A DNA stretch of 64,000 nucleotides. It comes from the human T2T-CHM13v2.0 reference genome, Homo sapiens. The stretch lies in NCBI RefSeq assembly GCF_009914755.1, contig NC_060935.1. One strand, written 5' to 3'. Below the pieces are notes generated by a model. The model was given only the letters and a program-made list of their open reading frames with translations. It did no database searches and was not told where the DNA came from. The translations under genes were made by a program, and so were the position numbers. Shown piece by piece: positions 40,816 to 56,270 of this stretch; the stretch's first letter is position 1, and each line of letters starts with the position of its first letter.

Positions 40816-42769
40816 AGTCCTCTGTCTATTTTTTAAAATTGAGTTATTTGTGGTTTTTTTGCTGTTAAGTTGTAAAAGTTATTTATACATTATAGCAATT
40901 AACCTCTTATCAGATATGTGGTTTAAAAATATTAATATTTTCTCCCATCCCGTAGGTTGCCTTTTCCCTCTGATGAGTTTTTTCCTTTGCTGTGCATTTC
41001 CTTCACTGGGTGTATTTAAATTTGATGTAATCCTTCTTCTCTATTTTTGCTTTTGTTTTCTGTGCTTTCTGATGTCATATCCAAGAAATGATTGCTAAGA
41101 TCAATGTCATGAAGCTTTCTCCCCAAGTTTTCTTCTAAGAGTTTTACAGTGTCAAGTCTTATGTTTAAGTCCTTAACCCATTTTGAGTTGGTTTTCTATA
41201 TGGTGTAAAATGGGCTCCAATTTTATCTTTTTTGCATATGCCTACTTGGTTTTCCCAAAACCACTGAAGACATTGTCCTTTCCCCATTATGTATTCTTGG
41301 CACTCTTATCAAATTAGAAATAAACTAATAGAAGGAAATTGCTTCAACTTAATAAAGCCCATATATGAAAAGCTCACATCTAACAGCATCACACTCAATG
41401 GTGAAAAACTGAAAGCTTTTTCTCTAAGATTAGGACCAAGACAATGGTGACCACTCTGGCCACTTCTACCCACGATAATACTGGAAGTCCTAGACAGAGC
41501 AATCTGTAAGATAAAGAAATAAAAGGCATCCAAATTAGAAAGGAAGGAGTAAAATTGTCTGTTCACAGATGACATGATCTTACTTATGTCTTAGAAAATT
41601 CTAAAGATTCTTTAACAAAACTTGTTAGAATTAATAAGTAAATCCAGTAAGTTTCAGGATACAAAAAAAATCAATATACAAAAGTCAATTGCATTTTCAT
41701 ACACTAACAACAAATAATATGAAAATGAAATTAAGAAAATAATTATATTTACAATAGCATCAAAAAGAATAGGAGTAAACATAACTAAGGAGATGAAAGA
41801 CTTGTACACTGAAAACTACAAAACATTGCTGAAATAAACATAAAAAGTCACAATTAAATAGATAGACATTCCATGTTCATGTATTGGAAGACTTAATATT
41901 GTTAAAATGTCCATACTACCCAAAGGAATATACAGATTCAATCTAATCCCTGTGTAAATCCCAATGACATTTTTTATAGAAATAGAAAAAACAATCCTAA
42001 AGTGTGTATAGAACCCACAGGACCCTGAATACTCAAAGCAATCTTGAGAAAGAACAAAGCTCGAGGCCTCACACTTCCTTTCAAAACATATTACAAAATG
42101 ACAGTAATCAAAACAGTATGATACTGACATAAAGGGACATATAGACCAATAGAAAAGATTAGAACACCCAGAAATAAACCTACACATATACAGTCAATGG
42201 ATCTTTGACAAGGGTATCAAGAATACACAATGGAAATGGAACTTTTAGTGACCGCGTATTACATGAGAAATTAGAATCTAAACAAACCTCAGCCATAGGG
42301 TGAGTTAGTGCTTACCTGCCAGTCCCTTCCTGTGGGCACTTACTAATGCATGAGTGTAGTACACCAAAGGCTGAGACTAAGATAAGACAGCTGAGAGAGG
42401 ACCCCTGAGGCATAGCCTTCCCATAACCAGATGATGACTGAGGGAAAAGTAATAGAACACTAGGATAAGTCCTACCATGGAACTCCTTCATGGAAAGTTC
42501 TGCAGCTACACTCCAAGAAATGGGACAGGGCAGCAGAAAAGAGAGAGATTACTGAAGCATGGAAAGCAACAGTGGCACTGCGAAAAAAAGAGAACTTGAC
42601 AGCTACCCAGAACCTGGCAGCTGAGCTATGAAGCAGATACAGATTTCTCATGGTTGAGAAAGCTGGTGGCTAGGATATAAAGTATAAAGCAATCTCCAGT
42701 CTCATCAATGTTCTCTCATCAAGAGAAAGTTATGTTCCCACCTTCAATATGTTTGAAGCTAACATTTTT

Positions 42770-42918
42770 AATTTTAATTTTATTTTTTATATTTTTTATA
42801 GAGATAGGGTCTCGCTATGCTGCCCAAGCTGTTCTCCAATTCCTGGTCTCAAGCTATCCTCTTGCCTCCACCTGCCATAGTGCTGGGATTATAGGGGTGA
42901 GCCACTGCATCAGTGGCT
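42770..42918 (-). mobile_element. Alu monomer
   Basis: Left arm with T-rich tail. Confidence 0.8.
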
Positions 42919-43169
42919 AGCATTAAATAGACCCTAACTAAAGCTGCAACAAAGCCTAGACCCTGGTAACTACAGATTATATTAACTCAGATCCCCACAC
43001 TTGAGGCCTAACAGGAGACTGAGTGTGCCCTAGGTCCAGTCTGCTTTATATTACTTTACTTTCCTCCTCCTTATTCATAAATAAATGTAAAAGAGAAAAT
43101 ACAAACGTTTACCTAGACAAAGCAAAACATGTCCTCATCTCTTAAAAAAAAGACAGTAGGGCTGGTGCA

Positions 43170-43508
<339 letters not shown>

Positions 43509-43877
43509 TTAGCATATAAATGAAAACTATATTTAAAAATGGAATGTTAAAGTGAAAAAAATATTATATGAGAGGTGAAAAGTTTATTTGAAAGACAACA
43601 GAAAATTGGGCACAGCAAAGGAAATGGCACAAAACAAAATCAGGAAGGGGAAAAGGAGCATGGAGCAAAACCTGGAGAAAACAGTCATAAGTTTCCAAGA
43701 GTCCTTTCCTAGTGGAGTCATAGAGTCATACAGGAAATAATTACTTCAGCAATGAATTGTGACAACACTTGTGTGAAATGTTGTCTACCAGGGAAGCTGG
43801 CCTGGGCCTAGATGTCCAGGGTTTTTATTGGGAGATCACTCACATAGGCATCCTCTACCTACCACGGACCCAAATTC

Positions 43878-44948
43878 CAGAACCCAGAAAGAAAGCAGAT
43901 ACTTATCACAAAGCACTTATTTGTATAAAGTATAGATATAGTGAGCCACTCTTATCAGTTACAGAATGGTGGAACCCTCCTGAAAACTAAGTTCCCAGAT
44001 AACAACCAAGGGCCAATCTTGTAAGCAGACCTTTCCAGAGATAGCAGTCTCAAGCCTGCCATGTTAACTATTTCTGCACAACCCCTAATTGCAAATTAAG
44101 TATACACTTCTTCATATGTCAAAGAAAAATGATAAGGAAAATAAAATATTTTGAACTGGATCATAATGTAAAAATAGTGTATTAAAATTTGTGGGAGGCA
44201 GCTAAAGCAACACTTAGAGGGAAATTCATGACTTTCAATGCCTATATTATAAAATAAAAAAGATGTAAAATTAATAATCTAAGTTTCCACTCCAAGAAAG
44301 ACTAAGAACGAATGAAAGAGAGACAGAACCCAGAAAGAAAGCAGGTACTTATCACAAAGCACTTATCTGTTTAGAGATATAGTGAGCCACTCTTATCAGT
44401 TACAGAATGGTGGAACCCTCCTGAAAACTAAGTTCCCAGATAACAGTCAAGGGCCAGTCTTGTAAGCAGACCTTTCCAGAGACAGCAGTCTCAAGCCTGC
44501 CATGTTAACTATTTCTGCACAACCCCTAATTGCAAATTAAGTATACACTTCTTCATATGTCAAAGAAAAATGATAAGGAAAATAAAATATTTTGAACTGG
44601 ATCATAATGTAAAAATAGTGTATTAAAATTTGTGGGATGCAGCTAAAGCAACACTTAGAGTGAAATTCATGACTTTCAATGCCTATATTATAAAATAAAA
44701 AAGATGTAAAATTAATAATCTAAGTTTCCACTCCAAGAAAGACTAAGAATGAGTGAAAGAGAGACAGAACCCAGAAAGAAAGCAGGTACTTATCACAAAG
44801 CACTTATCTGTATAGAGATATAGTGAGCCACTCTTATCAGTTACAGAATGGTGGAACCCTCCTGAAAACTAAGTTCCCAGATAACAGCCAAGGGCCAATC
44901 TTGTAAGCAGACCTTTCTAGAGATGGCAGTCTCAAGCCTGCCATGTTA
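43878..44948. repeat. Tandem repeat, ~441-446 bp unit, ~2.4 copies
   Basis: Units start with CAGAACCCAGAAAGAAAGCAG at 43878, 44324 and 44765. Confidence 0.95.
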
Positions 44949-47900
44949 CAAGATACAAATATCAGGAATAAAGAGAGTATCACTGGAAACCCTAAAGACA
45001 TTACAGCATAAGAGAATATCATGAACAACTTTATGCCAATGAATTTAATAACTTAGACAAAAAGGAAAAAATTCATGAAAGCCATGGATTAACAAAACTG
45101 ACAAAAAGTAAAATAGAAAAAAATATGAATTTTCCCATATTTATTTTAAAAGTTGAATTTTATTTTAACCTTTATTTTAAGTTCAGGGGTACATGTGCAG
45201 TGTTGTTACGTGGGTAAAGTTGTGTCATGGGGGTTTGTTGTACAGATTATTTCCTCACCCAGGTATTAAGCCTAGTACCCATTAGTTATTTTTCCTGCTT
45301 CTCTCCCTCCTCTCATCCTTCACCCTCCCGGGGCTCCATTGTGTGTTGTTCCCCTCTATGTGTCCACATGTTCTCATCGTTTAGCTCTCCCTTATAAGTA
45401 AGAACATGGAGTATTTGATTTTCTGTTCCTGTGTTAGTTTGCTAAGGATAATGGCCTCCAGCTCCACCCGTGTCCCTGCAAAGGACATGATCTCATTAAA
45501 AAGTTGAATTTCTAATAAAAAAATCTTTCCACAAAAAAATTATCAGTCCACATTGTTTCACTTGTGAATTCTATCAAGCATTTAAGAAAGAATAATACTA
45601 ACCTTATGCATACAGTCAGAAAATAGAGAAAGCACTTCCCAATACATTTTGTGTAATTAGCGTAACACGGTATTATAATGTTATAACAGGACAATAAAAA
45701 TTACAAGCCAATATTTCTCATGAACAAAGATGCAAAAACCCATAATAGTATATTAATAAATTGGTCCCAGCAATATATAAAAAGGACAATATATCATGAC
45801 CAAAAAAGAGATTTTTCCAGGAATGTGAGGTTTGTTTTGTATTTGAAAATTAATTAATGTAATTTATCATATTAGCAGAAAAAAAGAGAAATCTTATCTC
45901 ATTAGATTCAAAATAAGTTATTTTACACAACTCAACATTGATTCATGACAAAACTTTTGGAAAACTATAATAGAAGGAATTTCCTCAATTTGATAAAAGA
46001 TATCTTCAAAAGATCTATAATTAATACCATACTTAATGGTGAAACCACAAATGTTTTCTCCTTAAGACAGGGAACAAGCATGTCCACTCTCACTTTAATT
46101 CAATATGAAAGTATTTCAATAAGGCAAGAAAAAGAAATAAAAGGCATGCATATTATAAAGGAAATGCAAAACAGTTTTTTATTCTCAGATTACCTGATTG
46201 TGTGTGTAGAAAACTCCATGGAATCTTTTTTTTTCCTTCAACTTTTATTTTAAGTTCAGGGGTACATGTGCAGCTTTGTTACATAGGTAAATGTGTGCCA
46301 TGGTGATTTGCTGCACAGATCATCCCATCACCTAGGTATTAAGCCCAGCATCCATTAGCTATTCTTCATGATGCTCTCCCTCTCCCCACAGCCCCCTAAT
46401 AGGCCCCAGTGTGTGTTGTTTCCCTCCATGTGTCCATGTGTTCTCATCTTTCAGCTCCCACTTACAAGCAAGAACATGTGGTGTTTGGTTTTCTGTTCCT
46501 GCATTAGTTTGCTGAAGATAATGGCTTCCAACTCCATCCATGTCCCTGCAAAGAACATGACCACGTTCGTTTTTATAGCTGCATAGTATTCTGTGTTGTA
46601 TATCTATCACATTTTCTCTTATCCAGTCTATCACTGATGGGCATTTAGGTTGATTCCATGTCTTTGCTATTGTGAATGGAATATCAAAAAACAACTGCTA
46701 GACCTAGTAAGTGAATTTAGTGAGGTCACAGAGTACAGGGTAAATTTACAAAAATCTATAGTGTTTCTATATACTCACAATGATTAATTGAAAATAAAAT
46801 TTACCAACAATACCATCTGCAGTACAATAAAACAAGCAAATACAGAATTAATCGAATGAGAGATGTATAAAATCTCTACCCTTAACACTATAAAACACTG
46901 CTGAGAGAAATTAAGGAAGACCTGAATAAAAGAAAAAATACACCATATTCATGGATTAGAACAATATTGTTAAAATATCTATTCTCCTAAATTTGCTGAC
47001 AGATTCAATGAAATCCCAATCAATATCCTAACAAGATTTTAAGAAGAAATTGACAATTTGATTCTATAATTTATATAGAAATGCAGAGGATGTGGAATAA
47101 TTGAAACAATTTTGAAAAAGAAGAATAAAGTTGGAGGACTAACATAATAAACTGATTTCAAGATGTATTGTAAACTTACAGGAATAAAGGTAGTGTAGTT
47201 TTGGCATAGGGATAAGCACATAGGTCAACCGAACAGAATAGAGTCATGAAATAAACCCATGGTCAACTAATTTTGAACCAAATCACTAAGTCAACTCAAT
47301 AGGAAAGTAAATCCTTTTTAATAAATGGTGCTGGAAAAACTGGAATCTGTGTGGAAAAAAGCAAATCCAAAATAAAAACCAAAACTTCAATTCCCTCCTT
47401 ACCTCATACATAAAAATAATATAAGATAGGGCATGGCCCTAAATGTAATAGACAGAATCATAAAAATTCAAGACTACTTAGGAGAATATCTTCATGCCTT
47501 TTGGATAGAAAAAGATTTCTTAGCTGGGACACAAAAGAACTAATTGTAAGCTTCATCATGATATATTAGACTTCATCAAAATTAAAAATGTATGTTCATT
47601 GAGTAGATGGATGGTTACCAGAGGCTGGGAAGGGTAGTGGGGGGTGGGAGGGGAGGTAAGGATAATTAATGGGTACAAAAAAATAGAAAGAATGAATAAG
47701 ACCTATTATTTAATAGTACAATAGTCAGACTACAGTCAATAATAACTTAATTGTGCATTTTAAAATAATTTAAAGAGTGTAATTGGATTATTTGTAACTC
47801 AAAGGATAAATGCTGAGGGGATGAATACCCCATTCCCCATGATGTGCTTATTTCACATTGCATGCCTGTGCAAAAAAAATCTCATGTACCCCATAAATAT

Positions 47901-48780
47901 ATACACCTACTATGTATCCATAAAATTTTTTTAAATTAAAAAAAATCTGCTCATTAAAAGAGACTATTAAGAAGATAAAGGCAACTAATGGCATTGGAAA
48001 TTTTTTAAAAAAAGAAAGTACACAAACCACTTGTATCCAGAACATATAAAGAACACCTACAGTTTAACAATAAAAAGACAAACAACCCAATAAAAAAAGG
48101 GCAAAAAATAATGATTTTTGACCTAAATATCACTCCTTATATAAAAGTTAAGTCAAAATGGGTCACAAACCTAAATGTAAAATGTAAAAGTACAAAACTT
48201 TTAGAAAAATATAGAAGAAAATATTTAAGATACAAGGCTGTGCAAAGAGTTCTTAGGCTTCACACCAAAAGTGCAATCCCCAAAAAGAAAAACTGATAAA
48301 CTAGATCTCATCAAAATTAAAAAGTTTTGCTCTATGAAAGACCTTTTTAAGAGGAAGAAAAGACATGCTATGAACTGAAAGAAAATATCTGAAGACCCAC
48401 ATACCCAACAAAAGACAAATAACTAGAACATACTAAAGAGTTTTCATACAACGTGGATGACCCTTGAGGAACCTTGAGGACATTATGTTAAGTGAAATAA
48501 GTCAGTCACAAAAAAGGAAATACTGTATGAGTCCACTAATGTGAAATATCTAGAATAGTTAGATTCATAGAAACAGCAAGTAGAATGTTGGTTGTCAGGG
48601 ACTGGGGGAAGGAGCAAATGAAGAATTGTTTAATGTATATAGAATTTCAGTTTTGCAAGAAGAAAAAATTCTGGAGATTGGTTACATAACAATGTGAATA
48701 TACTTAACACTACTGAACTTTACACTTAGAAATGGTTAACATGTTAAATTTTATATTATGTGTTTTTACCACAATAAAAA
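44080..48780 (+). mobile_element. Old L1M ORF2/3' region with younger L1PA 3' fragments inserted (-) at ~45161-45498 and ~46225-46675
   Basis: Degenerate ORF2 text; TSD AAAAGTTGAATTT at 45148-60 and 45499-511. Confidence 0.72.
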
Positions 48781-48784
48781 TTAT

Positions 48785-49072
48785 TTATTTACTATTTATT
48801 TATTTATTTATTTTTTGAGACAGACTCTCACTCTGTCGCCCAGGCTGGAGTGCAGTGGCACCATCTTGGCTCATTGCAACCTCCGCCTCCTGGGTTCAAG
48901 CAATTCTCATGCCTTGGTCTCCCAAGTGAGCCAGTTAACTTTGTATTTTTAGTAGGGATGGGATTTCACCATGTTAGCCAGGCTGGTCTCAAACTCCTGG
49001 TCTCTCAAGCAATCCATCCCCGCTTGGCCTCCCAAAGTGCTGGGACTACAGGCATGAGCCATGGCTCCTGGC
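48785..49072 (-). mobile_element. Alu
   Basis: Dimer with internal deletion and (TTTA)n tail. Confidence 0.88.
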
Positions 49073-49074
49073 CA

Positions 49075-50485
49075 TTTTTTATTTTTTATTTTAATTTTTT
49101 ACTGGTTTATTTTCATGATGTTTTCTGACAGAGGGTTGATATGATCTTGTTTTAAAAATGTATTATTTATGTTAAGTTCCAGGGTACATGTGCAGGATGT
49201 GCAGGTTTGTTACATAGGTAAATGTGTGTCTTGGTGGTTTGTTGCACCTATCAACCCATCATGTAGGTATTAAGCCTAGCATGCATTAGCTCTTTTCCCT
49301 AATGCTCTCCTACCTCCCCATACTCCCCCAACAGGCCCCAGTGAGTGTTGTTCCCCTCCCTGTGTTTATGCATTCTCATTGTTCAGCTCCCACTTATAAG
49401 TGATAATATGCGGTATTTGGTTTTCTGTTCCTGCATTAGTTTGCTGAGGATAATGGCTTCCAACTTCATCCATGTTCCTGCAAAGGACATGATTTCATTA
49501 GTTTTTATGGCTGCATACCATTCCATGGTGTATATGTATCACATTTTCTTTATCCAGTCTATCATTGATGGGCATTTGAGTTGATTCCACTTCTTTGCTA
49601 TTGTGAATAGTGCTGCAATGAACATATGAGTGCATGTATCTTTATAATAGTATGATTTATATTCCTTTGGGTATATACTCAGTAATGGAATTGCTGGGTC
49701 AAATGGTATTTCCAGTTCTAAATCTTTGAGGAATCTCCATACTGTCTTCCCCATGGTTGATCTAGTTTGCTTTCCCACCAACAGTGTAAAATCGTTCCTA
49801 TTTCTCTGCAACCTCGCCAGAATAGAGAACTCAGAAATAAAACCGTGCATCCACAACAATCTGTTCTTTGACAAACCTGAAAAAACCAAGCAATGGGGAA
49901 AGGATTCCCTATTTAATAAATGGTGCTGGGAAAACTGGCTAGCCATATGCACAAAATTGAAACTGGACCCCTTCCTTACACCATATACAAAAATTAACTC
50001 AAGATGGATTAAAGACTAAAATGTAAAACTCAAAATTGTAAAAACCTCAGAAGAAAATCTAGGCAATACCAATTAGGAAATAGGCACAGGCAAAGATTTT
50101 ATGATGAAGATGCCAAAATCAATTGCAACAAAAGCAAAAATTGACAAATGGGATCTAATTAAACTAAAGAGCTTCTGCACAGCAAAAGAAACTATCATCA
50201 GAGTAAACAGACAACCTATAGAAAGGGAGAAAATTTTTGCAATCTATCCTTCTGACAAAGGTCTAATATCCAGAATCTACAAGGAACTTAAGCAAATTTA
50301 CAAGAAAAAAAAACCCATTAAGAAGTAGACAAAGAATATGAACAGACATTTCTCAAAAAAAGACATACATGTGGCCAAGAAACATGAAACAAAGCTCAAC
50401 ATCACTGATCATTAGAGAAATGCAAATCAAAACCACAATGAGATACCATATCTCACCAGTCAGAATGGCGATTATTAAAGAGTCA
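49075..50485. mobile_element. L1PA 3' end with 5' inversion
   Basis: Minus 3' UTR to ~49820, then plus ORF2 ([24 protein letters not shown]) to ~50485. Confidence 0.85.
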
Positions 50486-51379
50486 TTTTTTATTTTTTTT
50501 GAAGACAGGGTCTCACTCTGTCACCCAGGCTGGAGGGAGGTGGTGCAATCATAGTTCACTGTGCTCTCATTCTCCTGGCCTCAAGTAATCCTCCCAGCTC
50601 AGCCTCCCAAAGCACTGGTATTATAGGACTGAGCCATTGCCTTCAGCTGAAAACAATTTTAAAAATAAAATAATAAAGAACTTCCAAATCTTACAGCAAA
50701 AAGCCAATTAATACCTCCAATTAGAACAGGAGCAAATTCGACCCCTAATTAGAATATGGGCAAAAGAAACAGAGATTTTACCAAAGAGATGTACAAAAGG
50801 CAAATAAAAACATTAAAAGACAGTCAACATTATTACCCATTTGGGAAATGGAAATTAAAACTCCAATGAGATATCAATGCATATCTATCAGAATAACTAA
50901 AACGGTAACACCAAATGTTGGTGAGTATGCAGAGAAACTGGATCACTCATATATTGCTGGTAGAAATGTAAAATGGTACACCTACTCTGGAAAACAGTTT
51001 GGCAGTTTCTTATGACTCAGCAATTGCACTCTTGGGCATTTTATCCCAAAGAAATGAGAAACCAATGTTCACACAAAACCCAAATGATCATAGTACTTTT
51101 ATTCATAATAGTGAAAAACTGGAAACAATCCAGATGTTCTTCAGTGGATGAATGGTTAAACAAACTATGGTACATCCACACCACGGAATGCTGCTCAGCA
51201 ATAAGAAGGAACAAACTACTGATACACGCAACTATTTGAATGAATCTCCAGGGAATTATGCTGAGGAAAAATAGCCAATCCCAAAAGGTGACATAGTTTA
51301 TGATTCCATTTATGTAACTATTTAAAAATTGTGGTTTAAAAATGTGTAACATAAAATTTAACATCTTAATTATTTCTAA

Positions 51380-52194
<815 letters not shown>

Positions 52195-52758
52195 TGAATT
52201 TTCTATTCTAGATACTTCACATAAATGAAATCATACAGTGTTTATATTTTTGTGACTGGCTTATTTCGCTCAGCATAGTAGCCTCAAGTTGCATCCATGT
52301 TGTCACAAATGACAGCATGTTCTTCCCTTTTAAGGCTGAAAAATATGTCATTGTATGTATATGCCACATTTTTGTATCCACTCATCTACTTTAATAGCCT
52401 TTTTTAAATGACAAAATTTTAGAAATGGAGAATAGATTTGTGGTTGAAGAGTTTATGAGAAGGGTCAGAAGGTAGTAGATATGGTAATAAAAGAGCAACA
52501 TGAGGGGTCCTCGTGGTGATGGAACTGTCCTGTATTTTGACTGTGGTGATGGATACGGAAACCTGCATGTGTTATAAAATTGTATAAAACTAAACACGAG
52601 TTTACATAAACGAAGAAAATCTAAATGAGTTGTGGACTGTATCATGGTCAACATCCTGGTTGTGATATTGTACTACATAGTTTTGCAAGATGTTATTGTC
52701 AAGGTAAACTAAGTGTTCATAGATGTCTTTTTAAAAAATTTTCTTACAATTACATTAG

Positions 52759-53079
<321 letters not shown>

Positions 53080-53384
53080 TATCTGAAACATTTTTTAAAG
53101 TTTATAGGCAATAGGCTTGGACAGGCACTTCACCAAAGAAGATATCTAAATTGGCTATAAAAATGAGAAAAGATGCCAAATATTTAATTTTATAAATGGG
53201 CTATAAAACAAGAAAACATGCCCAATATTTCATTTTACCCACTCTTTTAGACTGGCTAAAATTAAATGTCCTGATATCACTGATAAAGAGGACACTGTTA
53301 GAGCATAAAATTACAGATAATAGTCCCTTCTTTTTTCTCTTTATTTTCGTTTTAATTTTTTTCTAAACCATTTCACATTTCTGA

Positions 53385-53948
53385 AGTAGTTCTCCTCTTA
53401 TTCACAGTTTCAGTTACCCATGGTCAACCTTGGTCTAAAAATATTAAATGGAAAATTTCAGATATAAACAATTTGTAAGTTTTAAATTGTACACCATTCT
53501 GAGTAATGTGGTGAAATCTCCTGCCACCCTGCCCAGGATGTGACTCATTCCTTTGTCCAGCATGTCCATGCTGTAGATGCTTCTTGCCTGTTAATCACTT
53601 AGTAGCCCTCAGGGTTATCAGACTGTTGCAGTATCTCAGTGCTTGTGTTCAAGTCATCCTTACATTAGTAAATAATGGCCCCAGAGTGCAAGAGTAGAGA
53701 TGCTGGCAATTTGGGTATGACACAGAGAAGCCATAAAATTCTTCCTTTAAGTGAAAAGATGAAAGTTCTTAAGTTAATAAGGAAAGAAATAAGGTTGCTA
53801 AGATCTATGATGAAAACGAATGTTCTGCCTGTAAATTGTGAAGAAGGAAAAAGAAATTCATGCGTAGTATATATAGGGCCTGGTACTATCCTTGGTTTCA
53901 GCTATCTCCTGGGGCTCTTAAAACATGTGTCCCCCCTTGGATACTGTA
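53385..53948. mobile_element. MER44/Tigger7-like DNA transposon
   Basis: TTTCAGTTACCCATGGTCAACC...AAAATATTAAATGGAAAATT; ends TACTGTA. Confidence 0.65.
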
Positions 53949-54571
53949 CTGTAATCATTTTAGAGAACTATTTGACAGTCTGTTATAAATACACATTCTT
54001 AAAAAAAATTCTTTTTAAGAGATAGTGTCTCACTCTGTCACCCAGGCTGGAGTGCAATGACTCAATCACATCTCTCTGCAGTGTCCAACTCCTGTCCTCA
54101 AGCAATCCTCCCATCTTGGCCTCCCAAAGTGCTGGCATTACAGGCATAAAACACCACACTCAGCCTGAAACATACATTCTTATAAACAGCTGAGTCATGG
54201 CTCAGCTCTTTCCCTCCTAGATATTCATGCAAGAGAAATAAAAAAAAATATTTTCATGAAAGACTTGCACACAAATGTACATAGCAGCTTTTTTCATAAT
54301 TACCAAAAACTTAACAACCCAGATGTTCATTAATAAGAGAATAAATGAACAACTTTGTATTTTTAAAAAGGCTTTGTACTTTTCTAAATGGTTTCCCTGG
54401 GAAGGTACATACTTATTCTAACAATAAGATCTCCTGGTTCAGAAAAATTTTGGAGCTGATTTTGGAACCTGTAGCATATTTTCTTGATGTACATTTTCAA
54501 AGGTATTAAATTTCCGCCTTTTGATAATAGGTTTAAATTTTGGAAACAGGCCAAAATTATTCAAAGAGGAC

Positions 54572-54865
54572 CAGGCTCAGTGGCTCACACTTGTAATCCC
54601 AGTAATTTAGGAGGCCAAGGCAGGAGGATCACCTGAGATCAGGAGTTTGAGACTAGCTTGAGCAACATAGCAAGACCTTGTCTCTACAAAAAATTTTTAA
54701 AAGTTAGTCAGATGTGGTGGAGTGCACCTGTAGTCCCAGCTACTCAAGATGCTGAAATGGGAGGATATCTTGAGCCCAGGAGTTGGAGACTGCAGTGAGC
54801 TATGATTGCACAACTATACTCCAGCCTTGGTGAAGAGCAAGACTTTGTCTCAAAAAAAAAAAAAT
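54572..54865 (+). mobile_element. Alu (AluJ-like); an Alu monomer also lies at ~54010-54165 (-)
   Basis: Full dimer. Confidence 0.88.
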
Positions 54866-55044
54866 ATTCAATGAGAAATTGGGTGTATCTATTGGTTAAA
54901 GAAAGAGGTGTGGTTCTCAATCTTTGCCACACATTAGTATGACCTGAAAAACCTGAAAAATTAGAATGCCCAGGTATTGTGACTTAACTGGTTTAGGGTG
55001 GGCCAGTTGTTGGTATTTTGTTAAAGCTCCCCAAATGATTCCAA

Positions 55045-55654
55045 TAAAACCAAGTCCTAATCTTTTTAGTTGCTCACTTCTTGTTAATTTTTTTTAACCC
55101 ACACAGCTGAAAGCGATACTACACTACCATGTACTGTAACTTAGCCTTCACTAGCTTCCTTATAGCTAACACCTCTGATGTATATATTACCGTGGTAATA
55201 AATGCCTAAGTTGTTTTTCAGGATCTTGGGGTCAGCCCTTGTCCAGTTTGAGTGCAGTTGAGATCACTGACCCTTAAACTGAGCCTGTGCAGATGCCGAA
55301 GAGGTGACCTTTTGGCATCAGAGGACCATAAACTCCTCTCTCAGATCATGCTAATGCCATTATTTCCTGAATACATATCCTATGAAAAGCCATGAACCCT
55401 GACTATGCTTGTGCAAATCATCAATTACGTCATTTTTCCCCACTGCCAATCACCTTTCCCCATGCCTTAGATCACCCCACTTCTTTACCCCATAAATATC
55501 CCTGAGCCCTAACTTTCTGGCAGTAGATTGGAGAACTGTTCTCCCATCTCCTCACTGGGCTGCCCTGTGAAAAAATCTTTCTCTACTGCAAAACTCATCA
55601 CCTCAGTGATTGGCTTCGGCACCACAGGCAGAACAAGCCTGGTTCAGTATTGCT
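55045..55654 (+). mobile_element. Probable ERV1-class LTR inserted in a MER5-like element
   Basis: MER5-like text at 54905-55040 resumes at ~55655; the insert has LTR-like TATA and polyA regions. Family uncertain. Confidence 0.45.
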
Positions 55655-56270
55655 AATATGCAGCCAAGGTTGAAAACCATGGCTGGGAGCTGACGTTAAT
55701 TTTCTTCTATGGTTTATAAACTGACTTCTAAAGGCAGGTCCTAAAAAGGGGTCTCCTCACATTCTCTGAGACTACGGCATTGTAGGAACAAATGTACAGT
55801 CTCCCAAGACAGCTGTTTTGAAGAACAATTCCCATTTGGATGTATAAATTCTAGTGTGTTTTCAAACAAACGTTTGCCTCTTTATCTTACAGATGTGCTA
55901 AAGGGACAATAAATGTAAAAGATCTAGTTGACTCTCCTACTTCCCTTCAAATACATTCAGATGATTAAATATATAATTTTCAAAAATACATTTATATCTT
56001 TCTAAGGCAAACTTACTAAAATTATTCTTTATTATTTCAGTTTGTGGTGATGAATAAGGTACAAAGATATATATATTAAATAGTTATAAAGGATATACAT
56101 ATTAAAGGTATAGTTTGCTAATGAAAAAATATAAAAGACAGATATAGATATACAGATTAAAAGGTATAGTTATGAAGAACATATATATAAGATGTAGTTA
56201 TAAAGAAAAAATATGTATATATGTGTAAAAGATAAAGTTGTAAAGAATAACTATTAATAATAACACAATT

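Larger units (their letters stand above)
38706..42240. mobile_element. Old L1 ORF2 with inversion, interrupted by MLT1 and HERV-L
   Basis: Minus segments 38706-39010 and 40820-41308; plus segment 41309-42240. Confidence 0.7.
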
